Source of the DNA: Candidatus Woesearchaeota archaeon
GTDB lineage: Archaea; Nanobdellota; Nanobdellia; Woesearchaeales; GW2011-AR4
Reading direction: 5' to 3'
DNA: 64,000 nt
Assembly: GCA_002688775.1 (NCBI GenBank)
Contig: NZDH01000004.1
Coordinates: forward strand, 54,543-118,542
Under the pieces are notes generated by a model that ran no database searches, was not told the DNA's origin, and saw nothing but the letters and a program-made list of their open reading frames with translations. Numbering within the stretch: position 1 is the stretch's first letter; each line of letters starts with the position of its first letter. Positions 9,334 through 18,065 of the stretch are shown piece after piece. The position numbers and the translations under genes were made by a program.

Positions 9334-12300
9334 ATGAAAAAACTGAATAAAATATTAAGTGTAATGATTTTGATACTTGCATTTGTGTTATTTTCATCTA
9401 TTGTTTATGCTGCTCCTCTGACTGACATGTTTGTAGGCGGATTAATACAAATTAATGATTTCTTTGAAAATGAGCAATTTGCTCCTTATGCAACTGCAAT
9501 TGACTTTTTCTTCTTTACATTACTGTTCACAGCTATATATATGATGGGTGCAAGGTATGCATTTAAGGAAATTAAAAGACCAGAGCAAGTAATTGTGATT
9601 TTACTCGGATTAATGACTGGGTTTTTGCTTGTGTTAGGTGGTTTTTCAGCAACTATCATTCTTCCTTACATACAATGGCTTTTGTATTTGCTGCTGTTCT
9701 GGATAATCTGGAAATTATTAAGCGGAATAAAAAATCCATTCTGGAGATTTATATTGGCATTGCTGTTGACTTTGCTGCTGATTGCATTGTGGCAAGGGAT
9801 GTTTAATGCATTAACTACACCAGATGTTGGAGCTCCACAAGTTGGTGGATTTTTTGGTTCTATTGGCAAATTCTTTAGAGATCTTGGAAGCAGTTTTACA
9901 GGAATTAAGATGCCAGGAGTCGGAGTGCCTGGAATTCCTGATGCTTTACAGGATCTGTTAGGAGAGCCTGGCGGGGTTGGAGCTGGGGAACCTACTGGGC
10001 CTGAAGGGTTGCCTGTGGTTACGACGCCAACTGGACCAACTGTTGTGGAAGAAGACGGGGGATTTTCTTTAGGGAATTTGTGGTGGATTCCTATTTTAGC
10101 GGCATTATTGTGGGCAGGTAATTATGCGCGCAAGAAGGGATGGCATAAATGGAGACCACGTAAAAAAGATAAACCAAAAACAATAGATGAAGTTAAAGCA
10201 GAGATAGATGATATAATTAGGAAAAAAGCAAATTCTAAAAGAAATATTATAGCAAGAAGCGATGAAAAGAATCAAATTATTCAAGCTGAAGATAGAAGAA
10301 CTGCTTTTTTAAGCAAATTAAGAGATAAAGATCCTGCAAATCTGTTTGGAGATGAAGCTAGAAGAGTAATTGATGCCGAAGGTGGAGCTTTTAAGGAACT
10401 TCTTGACAAAGAAATTCAATTAGTAGATGAACTTAAAAAATTGAAAGGTATAGAGAAAGATTTGTATTTGAAATTAGATCTATGGCAACGATCTCTTCAA
10501 GGTACAGTTGATATAAGTCCAGAAGTAAATGGCCTTAAAATTTTGATTGGTAATAAGACAACTATTCGTGACATAATAAATATGGGTATAATATGGCTAA
10601 CTGTAATCTGCTATGATATTGAAAAACGAAATGAGGTATTGACTAAAGAATTAGGAAGCTTATTGGATGATGAAGATAAAATTGAGGAGCTTGTCCAAGG
10701 CAAATTTACAACTGTTAAAAATGATGAAAGAAAATTAAGTCATTATAATTCAACTGAAATTGAATATATTGAATTATTAGAGCAAAAAATTGATGAGCAG
10801 ATAAATAAATTAAATGAATTAAAAAGAAAAATTGAAGGAACTCCACATACAGGACCTTATGGTGCACCATACGGAGCGCCTTATGGAGCGCCAGGTGGAA
10901 GGCGTGGAGGACCTTATGGAGCTCCTTACGGGGCACCTTATAGTGGTCCTGGTAGTGCAGGACCAACACCTTCTGGAGGGACTGGAAGTCCTTATGGGGC
11001 TCCCTATAGTGCTGCTGGAGCTGGAGGAACTTATGGGGCACCATACGGAGCGCCTTATGGGGCTCCTTATGGAGCGCCAGGTGGAAGGCGTGGAGGACCT
11101 GGTAGAACGACTCCACCTAGAGGTAGAAGAAGAAGTGGCAGACTTAGAATTCTAATGCTCAGCCCAACGCACCCACATGCAAGCAATGGGGTTTCTGAAG
11201 TTGTGAAAAATTTATCTTTAGCTCTAAATTCAATCGGTGTAGATGTTGAGGTACTAACTAAATGGTTTAATGAGCCATATTATTACTATGATAAAATAAA
11301 TTCTGCAGAACAAAAATTTGACACTATTGGAGAATTTTTAAATTCAAAGAACAAAGATTATTATGATTTCATACATTCTCACACATTTACATTTTCACAG
11401 ATTTCTGATACTGGCGATGGAGAAACACCTTGGAATAAATTGTTATCCCATTTTAATGTTCCATCAGCTTATACAGTTCATTCTTTAGATATTCATGAAG
11501 CTTTAACATGTAAGTGGACTTCAACAAATTACAATTATCATAAGTGGGTTGGTGAACAACTTCAACCAGTAGTTTTTGATAGTGTAAACTGCATAATTCA
11601 ATTGACAAAAACCTATAAGGAATTAACTGAAGAAATGTATCCAGGAAAAAATTACAAGTATAAATCGGTTATAATCCCTAACGGTATAATTTTAAAAAAT
11701 AGATATTCAAAACGAACACCAAATCCAAGTGAGATTAATATGCTATACTTGGGTAGATTCGAAAGAAGAAAGGGAATATACGAATTATGTGTTGCTTTTG
11801 GGACCCTTACAAAAAAATATCCAAATTTAAAGCTCCATCTTGTAGGTAGTGGTCAACCGAGAACTCCAATTCCATGGTTTAATCGGGTTGATGTAGAAAC
11901 TAAAGTCATGAAAAGAATACTTAAAAGAGGGAGTGTACCAAGTGATAGGTATGTGCTCCACGGTGTAAAGCGGGGTACAGAGAAGGAAAACATAATTAAT
12001 GATGCTGATTTTGTCATATTACCAAGCTATTTTGAAACTTTCTGCCTAGTTGGCTTAGAAGCGATCAATCAAGCTAGACCACTAATATCATCAAAGGGTC
12101 CGGCTCTTAATGAAGTATACATAGAGAGCGGATTGGCTTATCCAATAGACTTTGGGGAGTTAAGGTACAATTCCGGAGTAAATTCACAGGGCTTTGTTAG
12201 GCTTAGAGTTGAAAAAATAGTTGAAGCAGTTTCAGGTTTCATAGATAACCTTGATGAATATAGGCAAAGATCTGAACAAGTTTGGCAACTAGTCCAAAGA

Positions 12301-13317
12301 AATTCTGAATTATTTAACTGGGTGTCAATTGCAAAAAATACTAAAATAGTTTATGACAGTCTGATTCAAAACGGTTTAGTCCCAAATGTTGAAATTACAG
12401 TTCCAAATTTTATGCCACCTATTAGGCCAAGACCTCCGGGAAGTTCAGGTCCGGGATCTACTGGAAGGGGCACCACACCGCCTGGAGGTTCAGCACCCCC
12501 ACCATCTGGAGGAACTGGAAAAAGAACAACACCTGGAGGTCCTGCTAAGCTGAAGATAATTGAAGTAGATAATCAAAATCCTAAAATAATTGATAATGTT
12601 AGATTTACTTTAAAACTTGAACATCATAAAATACCTAGAGGAACAAGTTATGAAGTAGTCTTAATTGATAGGGATAGAAAAGGAGGAAAAACATTAGGGG
12701 AACGTGAGATCCAAAGATTTAGAATAAGTAAGCTTGTTAACTCTAAGTTTGCAGTTACTGTTGATGCGTCAAGAATTGGTGCTGGAGTGTATGATTATAT
12801 CTTAGTTAGAATCTTGAATATTTATCCTGATTCTGATAATAAAGATCTAGATTCTGATTCAATTACAATTAATGTGTCAGGATCAACTGAAGATGCAAGT
12901 GCTGAATGGCAAAATGCAAAATCTAAATATTCTAGTGATCGTGATTTTATTGGTTTTCTCACGACTGTAAACAGTTTTGATTGGATCAGAGGAAAGTATC
13001 CTAACATTGATTTGGTTAAAGAAGTCGTAAATTTAATAGTAGATGTCCTTATGGATACACCGAGGTATCATGACAACAAAAGAATAAAAAGGAAAGTTTT
13101 GCAAATGTTCCATCCTGATGTTGTTAAAGCATCATCTAAAGAAACTTACGAGTTATATGGGGAACTTTTCAAAAAGTTTAGTGAATATTTCACAAAAGAA
13201 AGACTTGCTAGTCCAACTAGTTATTCAAGAAAAGCTGATGCCTTAAAGCATGACGTTGATTCATTATTCATAGAATATGCAAGAAAGACTGGAAGGACTA
13301 GAAGAAGAGCAGCCTAA
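9334..13317 (+). CDS. 1327-aa mosaic membrane protein: signal peptide + multi-TM module + Gly/Pro linker + coiled coil + PYGAP tandem repeats + GT4 glycosyltransferase + Pro/Gly linker + beta-rich domain + J-domain-like HPD tail
   Basis: The protein starts with a signal-like N-terminus and 4-5 hydrophobic helices. The GT4 core runs RILMLSPTHPH ... LYLGRFERRKG ... LHLVGSG ... FVILPSYFETFCLVGLEAIN, which is the E-x7-E motif. The C-terminal KRKVLQMFHPDVV ... ELFKKFSEYF resembles a J-domain. Confidence 0.75.
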   Translation: MKKLNKILSVMILILAFVLFSSIVYAAPLTDMFVGGLIQINDFFENEQFAPYATAIDFFFFTLLFTAIYMMGARYAFKEIKRPEQVIVILLGLMTGFLLVLGGFSATIILPYIQWLLYLLLFWIIWKLLSGIKNPFWRFILALLLTLLLIALWQGMFNALTTPDVGAPQVGGFFGSIGKFFRDLGSSFTGIKMPGVGVPGIPDALQDLLGEPGGVGAGEPTGPEGLPVVTTPTGPTVVEEDGGFSLGNLWWIPILAALLWAGNYARKKGWHKWRPRKKDKPKTIDEVKAEIDDIIRKKANSKRNIIARSDEKNQIIQAEDRRTAFLSKLRDKDPANLFGDEARRVIDAEGGAFKELLDKEIQLVDELKKLKGIEKDLYLKLDLWQRSLQGTVDISPEVNGLKILIGNKTTIRDIINMGIIWLTVICYDIEKRNEVLTKELGSLLDDEDKIEELVQGKFTTVKNDERKLSHYNSTEIEYIELLEQKIDEQINKLNELKRKIEGTPHTGPYGAPYGAPYGAPGGRRGGPYGAPYGAPYSGPGSAGPTPSGGTGSPYGAPYSAAGAGGTYGAPYGAPYGAPYGAPGGRRGGPGRTTPPRGRRRSGRLRILMLSPTHPHASNGVSEVVKNLSLALNSIGVDVEVLTKWFNEPYYYYDKINSAEQKFDTIGEFLNSKNKDYYDFIHSHTFTFSQISDTGDGETPWNKLLSHFNVPSAYTVHSLDIHEALTCKWTSTNYNYHKWVGEQLQPVVFDSVNCIIQLTKTYKELTEEMYPGKNYKYKSVIIPNGIILKNRYSKRTPNPSEINMLYLGRFERRKGIYELCVAFGTLTKKYPNLKLHLVGSGQPRTPIPWFNRVDVETKVMKRILKRGSVPSDRYVLHGVKRGTEKENIINDADFVILPSYFETFCLVGLEAINQARPLISSKGPALNEVYIESGLAYPIDFGELRYNSGVNSQGFVRLRVEKIVEAVSGFIDNLDEYRQRSEQVWQLVQRNSELFNWVSIAKNTKIVYDSLIQNGLVPNVEITVPNFMPPIRPRPPGSSGPGSTGRGTTPPGGSAPPPSGGTGKRTTPGGPAKLKIIEVDNQNPKIIDNVRFTLKLEHHKIPRGTSYEVVLIDRDRKGGKTLGEREIQRFRISKLVNSKFAVTVDASRIGAGVYDYILVRILNIYPDSDNKDLDSDSITINVSGSTEDASAEWQNAKSKYSSDRDFIGFLTTVNSFDWIRGKYPNIDLVKEVVNLIVDVLMDTPRYHDNKRIKRKVLQMFHPDVVKASSKETYELYGELFKKFSEYFTKERLASPTSYSRKADALKHDVDSLFIEYARKTGRTRRRAA
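10851..11100 (+). repeat. in-frame tandem repeat encoding (P)YGAP units; two near-identical ~60-70-nt blocks at ~10854-10914 and ~11029-11100
   Basis: The nucleotide repeat ccttatgg(g/a)gc(a/g)cc(a/t)ta(c/t)gg... recurs directly. The protein repeats are PYGAPYGAPYGAPGGRRGGP, written twice. Both antisense track ORFs (10715..11116 and 10832..11155) are artefacts of this repeat. Confidence 0.85.
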
Positions 13318-13326
13318 TTTTTCTTA

Positions 13327-14052
13327 TCATCCCTTACTATGCAAGACATATTCCCTTGTGTGAGTAAAATCCAAAGAGAGTCTTGGATCTAAAATTGTTC
13401 TTGTTAATTGGTGTTCAGTTAATACCTGATCTGCTATTGGAAGCTTTCTTATTTTGCCAACCATAGTCGGATCATATCGATAACAATCTATAGCTACTTC
13501 TCTGGTCATAGGCATACCTATAAGGTGTGGTGGAGGTCTTACAAAAAATTCATATTCTATTGTCCCATATCTTTCAGCTGTTTCTTGAAAAGAAACATCA
13601 TCACCACGTTTGTCATCACTTGCGCCCATTAGATTGAGATGTACTAAATTACCCCCCCTATCTTCTATTGCTAACAATCCCCCTCTTGAGTTCTCATATC
13701 TTTCAGGAACATCAGCAACAGTCCAGGCTTCCAAACCAGGTTTAATAATTTGATCTAACATGCATGGATGGGAATGTGAAGCAAAAAGTACAAACCTATC
13801 ATCAGTTGCTAATTGTCGCCTATATGGTAAATTTGCTTGTAAAACTGTAGTCATAATTGATTCCAATCCAGGAATTGCATCCAAAGAGACACTTGTTTCT
13901 GTACCTCCATGAGGATCTGTACATTGTGTAACATATATTTCTGTATCAGAAACTCTTTCTCCAAGTAATAAAATTATATATTCTCTGTCAGTAAGAACCA
14001 TATTTGTCAATGTATCTTTTATCCACTGTGTTATGTATACTGTTTCTACCAT
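13327..14052 (-). CDS. hypothetical protein, compositional outlier, possible JAB/MPN-like HSHP motif
   Basis: The protein is K-poor and T/R/D-rich, unlike its neighbours. LFASHSHP resembles the JAMM core, but the downstream S-x2-D is not conserved. It is convergent with the giant gene. Confidence 0.35.
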   Translation of the reverse strand: MVETVYITQWIKDTLTNMVLTDREYIILLLGERVSDTEIYVTQCTDPHGGTETSVSLDAIPGLESIMTTVLQANLPYRRQLATDDRFVLFASHSHPCMLDQIIKPGLEAWTVADVPERYENSRGGLLAIEDRGGNLVHLNLMGASDDKRGDDVSFQETAERYGTIEYEFFVRPPPHLIGMPMTREVAIDCYRYDPTMVGKIRKLPIADQVLTEHQLTRTILDPRLSLDFTHTREYVLHSKG

Positions 14053-14137
14053 TTTTGAATTCGATTAATTTTGACCTTTTGAATTATTACAAAGTAAAAA
14101 CATTTATATAATATGATATTATTAAATCTTTGTAAAA

Positions 14138-14596
14138 ATGACAGTAGAACAACAATTACCACCCCCGCCAAAGAAGCATGAAGGATTCATGAAGTTCGGT
14201 CATTCACATCAGCAGCAGCAAGGGCCTGACATGAGCGGAATAAATTCTGAGATGAATACTTTAGGAAGAAGGTTAAGATTGTTGGAAGAGGGTTTCAGCA
14301 ATCTGAGAAGGTTTTTTCAGGTTACTGAAGAGAATATCATAGCAAAGAACAAGCATTACTCAGCTGAGATCAAAACAGTAACATCGGATATTACTGAATT
14401 AAGAAAAGAAATCCAGGAATTAAAAGATAAGATGCTCCTTATCATCAAAGAACTGCAGACAGTTGCGAGAAAAGATGAGGTCAAGGTTCTTGAGAGATAC
14501 ATAAACCTGTGGAATCCTGTCAGATTTGTAACCCAGAATGAGATTGACGGGATAATCAACGAAGTTCTTGAGAAAAAAAGCAATAGAAAGGTTTAA
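14138..14596 (+). CDS. coiled-coil protein, unknown function
   Basis: Heptad-like LRKEIQELKDKMLLIIKELQ follows a Q-rich N-terminus. Confidence 0.4.
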   Translation: MTVEQQLPPPPKKHEGFMKFGHSHQQQQGPDMSGINSEMNTLGRRLRLLEEGFSNLRRFFQVTEENIIAKNKHYSAEIKTVTSDITELRKEIQELKDKMLLIIKELQTVARKDEVKVLERYINLWNPVRFVTQNEIDGIINEVLEKKSNRKV

Positions 14597-14638
14597 ATAT
14601 GCTCATTAAAAGTATATTTTAAAAAGAGAGGTGAATGA

Positions 14639-15322
14639 ATGGCTTTCTTTAAGTTTGGAAAGAAGAAAGAGGAACCTTTAGATATTCCGATGCAATCTCC
14701 TATGCCGGAGATGCAGCCAAGTAATTCTCCAGTTGAGCAAGTTCAAATGATGAAGCAGCAAGGCTACACCAACAATCAGATTACCCAATCATTGCAAGGC
14801 CAGGGTTACAACAGTTCTCAGATATCCGACGCTATAAGTCAATCAAGCTTAAGCGGCAATTCACAAGGCGGCAAAGAAATGGGAATGCCGGATTACGGGC
14901 AGAGTTACGAGCAGCAACCTTATCCACAACCCCAAGTGCAGGATTTTCAGCCTCCAAGAGAAATTAGTGCACCTGCAACCGTAGATGAAGAAAGAATACA
15001 AGAAGTTACAGAAGCCATTATTGATGAAAAATGGGATGAATTTGCCAATGACATAAGGAAGGTAATAGACTGGAAAGAAAAAAGCGAGGACAGGATAGCA
15101 AAAATAGAGCAGCATTTAATTGATTTAAGCTCGAGGATTGATTCTCTGAGTAAGGGCATTATGAGCAAGATTTCAGCTTATGATCAGAACATTGTGGATG
15201 TGGGGACTGAAATAAAAGCGATGGAAAAAGTTTTCCAGAAAGTGCTTCCAAACTTAACAGAGAACGTGAATAAGCTTGACAGGATTACTAAAGGCTACAA
15301 AGAGACACAAAGAAAAGCTTAA
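14639..15322 (+). CDS. Q/S-rich N-terminus + C-terminal coiled-coil protein, unknown function
   Basis: The N-terminal half is low-complexity and the C-terminal ~110 aa are predicted coiled coil. An SD, gagaggtgaatgaATG, sits upstream. Confidence 0.4.
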   Translation: MAFFKFGKKKEEPLDIPMQSPMPEMQPSNSPVEQVQMMKQQGYTNNQITQSLQGQGYNSSQISDAISQSSLSGNSQGGKEMGMPDYGQSYEQQPYPQPQVQDFQPPREISAPATVDEERIQEVTEAIIDEKWDEFANDIRKVIDWKEKSEDRIAKIEQHLIDLSSRIDSLSKGIMSKISAYDQNIVDVGTEIKAMEKVFQKVLPNLTENVNKLDRITKGYKETQRKA

Positions 15323-15591
15323 TTTCATCTGATTAAAGGTAATTTAGTTCTAGTTAATTTTATTTTTTAAAAAGTATTTTTATTGATAAAAAGAGACCAG
15401 TACAATACAGAAGAAATAAGTGCACAAATAATTCATTAAGTGTTTGTGAACAAATCATTAATGTATCTGTGGCTAATCTCCAGTAACTAAAACTCATTAA
15501 AGAATTAAAAATAATTAAATAAAAAAATAAATCAAATGAAACGAAAAAATCAATATAGAGCGAACGGATTGAAAATAATCCAGAAATATTT

Positions 15592-16089
15592 CTATGAACC
15601 TCTAGAGGCAATCAAACCAATTGTAAAAATAGCTATTGCAAAAATCAAAACCGTGCCAAGAAATTTTGGATGCAGAATGAGATTTATTGATTTTGACAAG
15701 TCTTGTGGATTTTCTTGTTCTCCGATTTGATCTTTTACTTTTACTCCAGCACCGATTATAATTACAACTAAAACAATTACAAAAAATATGACTTTTACCG
15801 AATGGAAAGAATCTAAGTCGCCACCCAACATTTTCAATGCGACATTCAATAAAACTACAAACAAGAAAACAACTGCAATGAAGGGTGCTGTGCTTGCAAC
15901 TACGCTTGTTGCAATAGGCGATATCAATACAAAAATACCCATCAATAACCCTACAATGAGGTAAATGAACTTATTATCGCCAAGAGCTTTTGTCCATAAG
16001 ACAACAGCATATACTACTATCCAAACAAAAAGAAAAACAAATATGCTTGAGAAATACTGCAGACCTGATACATCTAAGAACGTTGCCAT
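15592..16089 (-). CDS. multi-pass membrane protein, paralog C of a three-gene tandem family
   Basis: IFVFLFVWIVVYAVVLWTKALG aligns with the other two paralogs. Confidence 0.6.
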   Translation of the reverse strand: MATFLDVSGLQYFSSIFVFLFVWIVVYAVVLWTKALGDNKFIYLIVGLLMGIFVLISPIATSVVASTAPFIAVVFLFVVLLNVALKMLGGDLDSFHSVKVIFFVIVLVVIIIGAGVKVKDQIGEQENPQDLSKSINLILHPKFLGTVLIFAIAIFTIGLIASRGS

Positions 16090-16115
16090 ATTAGTAAATC
16101 AATATTTATTGGGGC

Positions 16116-16736
16116 TTAATGTCCTCCTTTGCCGCCGCCAAAAAGCTTGCTGAAGTCTGCACCTAATCGGCCCATTGTCGATCTATCTTCTTTTTCTTTT
16201 GAATCGCTTGTGATCCATGCTATTATTATGCCGAATACCAAGAGCATTATAACAACAGCTATACTTTCACTTCCAAAGAAACGCGTCAATGTATTGCCGA
16301 AATAGCCAGACCACCATCCAGCAGCTCCGCCGAATATAAGTATAATTACAATAAAGGAAAAAAATGCAACCCATCCCGGCATAGATAACCCTAAAAATAC
16401 CTTATCCTGGGCAAACACACCTATTAAGATTAGTAGAAAAATTATTGCAACAAGGACTACTGAGATTGATGGCAGGGCGTTGCTTATAATCAACACAGGA
16501 TCAGCATAAGCAGGAAATCTGCCGGTTATATGGGGGATGACAACAAGCAAACCAACCACAATCGAAACGACAATGTTAAGGTTTTTCTTCGCTGCCCCTA
16601 GAATTTCTGATTTTTGAAGGATTGCGTAAATAATAACAAAGATAAGTAAAAAGACAAGTAATACCTCTACCCTCCATCTGTCCAAAAGTAATATGAAATA
16701 ATCAAGCTGATAAGCTGGAGCAGCCATTTTTTGCAC
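16116..16736 (-). CDS. multi-pass membrane protein, paralog B
   Basis: VLLVFLLIFVIIYAILQKSEILG...KKNLNIVVSIVVGLLVV aligns with paralog A. Confidence 0.6.
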   Translation of the reverse strand: MQKMAAPAYQLDYFILLLDRWRVEVLLVFLLIFVIIYAILQKSEILGAAKKNLNIVVSIVVGLLVVIPHITGRFPAYADPVLIISNALPSISVVLVAIIFLLILIGVFAQDKVFLGLSMPGWVAFFSFIVIILIFGGAAGWWSGYFGNTLTRFFGSESIAVVIMLLVFGIIIAWITSDSKEKEDRSTMGRLGADFSKLFGGGKGGH

Positions 16737-16781
16737 CTCTTTATATTAATTATTTTTATATTAGTATATAAACTTTATGAA

Positions 16782-17366
16782 TTATTTATGTTGTGATACT
16801 GCCTTTGATGGTTCTTTTGTAGCATAGACTATGAAAACTACCATCAATCCAAGTAAAATAATAGATCCAGCCAGTACATCACCGCCTCCTGAACCTGAAA
16901 ATCCACCTAAACGCTCCAGCCAGGTCTGACCATCGCTGGTTTTTATTGAATCAAGAAAAATACCAAGGATTGCTATGAATACTATGATCATAAATGTAAT
17001 TTTCCAGCCTCCTTGCAAATGAGTAGGTTCTCCTTCTTTGTGGAAAGAGCCTATTAATAGAAGGAATAGAACGCTGAAGAAAAGGACAATAACAGCTTTG
17101 GCTACAGTTTCATTTATAATTTCCACTAATTCCCTGGTTGCAATCACCAAGAACGCTATTACAAAAGAAGCAATTGCATTAAGGTTCTTCTTCGGAAAAT
17201 TTTTTCCTCCGATTTCTTCAGTGCCCAGAACTTTTGTCTTTTCAAGTATAGCAAAAACAATAGTAAAAACAAGCAGGAAAGGCAATACAACATCAAATAA
17301 TCCAATCTGGTCAAAGAAAGTGATTACTTCTCTAAAAGGAGAATCTGCTGTAACGTGGCTAGTCAT
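16782..17366 (-). CDS. multi-pass membrane protein, paralog A
   Basis: FLLVFTIVFAILEKTKVLG...KKNLNAIASFVIAFLVI aligns with paralog B. Confidence 0.6.
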   Translation of the reverse strand: MTSHVTADSPFREVITFFDQIGLFDVVLPFLLVFTIVFAILEKTKVLGTEEIGGKNFPKKNLNAIASFVIAFLVIATRELVEIINETVAKAVIVLFFSVLFLLLIGSFHKEGEPTHLQGGWKITFMIIVFIAILGIFLDSIKTSDGQTWLERLGGFSGSGGGDVLAGSIILLGLMVVFIVYATKEPSKAVSQHK

Positions 17367-17452
17367 ACTATTTTTACTCTGATATTGGTATTTAAATGTT
17401 TTGGTTTTTTCTATTAAAAACCTTTATAAATATAACAAGAACTTCAGATATT

Positions 17453-18022
17453 ATGCTAAACAAATCAGAATTCAAGAAAATAAGGAATGAAATGCATAAA
17501 CTAGATGTTGAAAGGGAGAAAGTGATCCAGACATCAAGAGAGATAATTTCAATCTCAAAGCAGATCATCTACGCTTCGCAGAGAAATGACCTTAAAACCG
17601 CTTCTTCTGCAATAAAAAAAATTAATGACAAAATAAAGAAATTAAGAAGTATCAAAGTTCCTGCTGATACAAACATTAATTCAGTTGCTTTCCAGGAATA
17701 TGTTGAAGCCATTTCTTTTTATGAATTTGTAAGGAACAAAAAAATACCAACAAGAAAAAGTCTTGGGGTAAGCGCCGATCATTATCTAAGCGGGCTTTGT
17801 GATTTGACTGGAGAGCTAGTAAGAAAGGCAATCTATGATGTAATCCACAAAAAATTTGAAGAAGCTGAAAAAATTAAAGAATTGGTGCATGACATCTATG
17901 GGGAATTCCTGAAGCTGCACTTAAGAAACGGCGAATTAAGAAAGAAAGCTGATTCTATAAAGTGGAATCTTAAGAAATTGGAAGAAGTGATGTATGATGT
18001 TTCTGTTAAAGGAAGAAGATAA
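17453..18022 (+). CDS. translin family protein (archaeal)
   Basis: YLSGLCDLTGELVRKAIY matches the translin Y-x-G-x-x-D-x-x-GEL-x-R signature. I set the start at the internal Met (MLNKSEF) rather than the hydrophobic track start. Confidence 0.65.
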   Translation: MLNKSEFKKIRNEMHKLDVEREKVIQTSREIISISKQIIYASQRNDLKTASSAIKKINDKIKKLRSIKVPADTNINSVAFQEYVEAISFYEFVRNKKIPTRKSLGVSADHYLSGLCDLTGELVRKAIYDVIHKKFEEAEKIKELVHDIYGEFLKLHLRNGELRKKADSIKWNLKKLEEVMYDVSVKGRR

Positions 18023-18065
18023 AATCTCCAATAAATTTAAATAACTTCTTTAAAAACTATATTTC

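Noticed and set aside
10715-11155. ORFs on both strands over the YGAP repeat (H/K/L-rich)
   Set aside because: They are artefacts of the in-frame tandem repeat. The sense frame is continuous with flanking GT and coiled-coil domains.
13327-14052. Calling the atypical gene a JAB/MPN deubiquitinase-like protease
   Set aside because: Only the HSHP core is present. The E-x(n)-H-x-H-x7-S-x2-D spacing is not satisfied, so I kept it as hypothetical.
14861-15168. Minus-strand ORFs inside the 227-aa coiled-coil gene
   Set aside because: Antisense, with no RBS and no motif.
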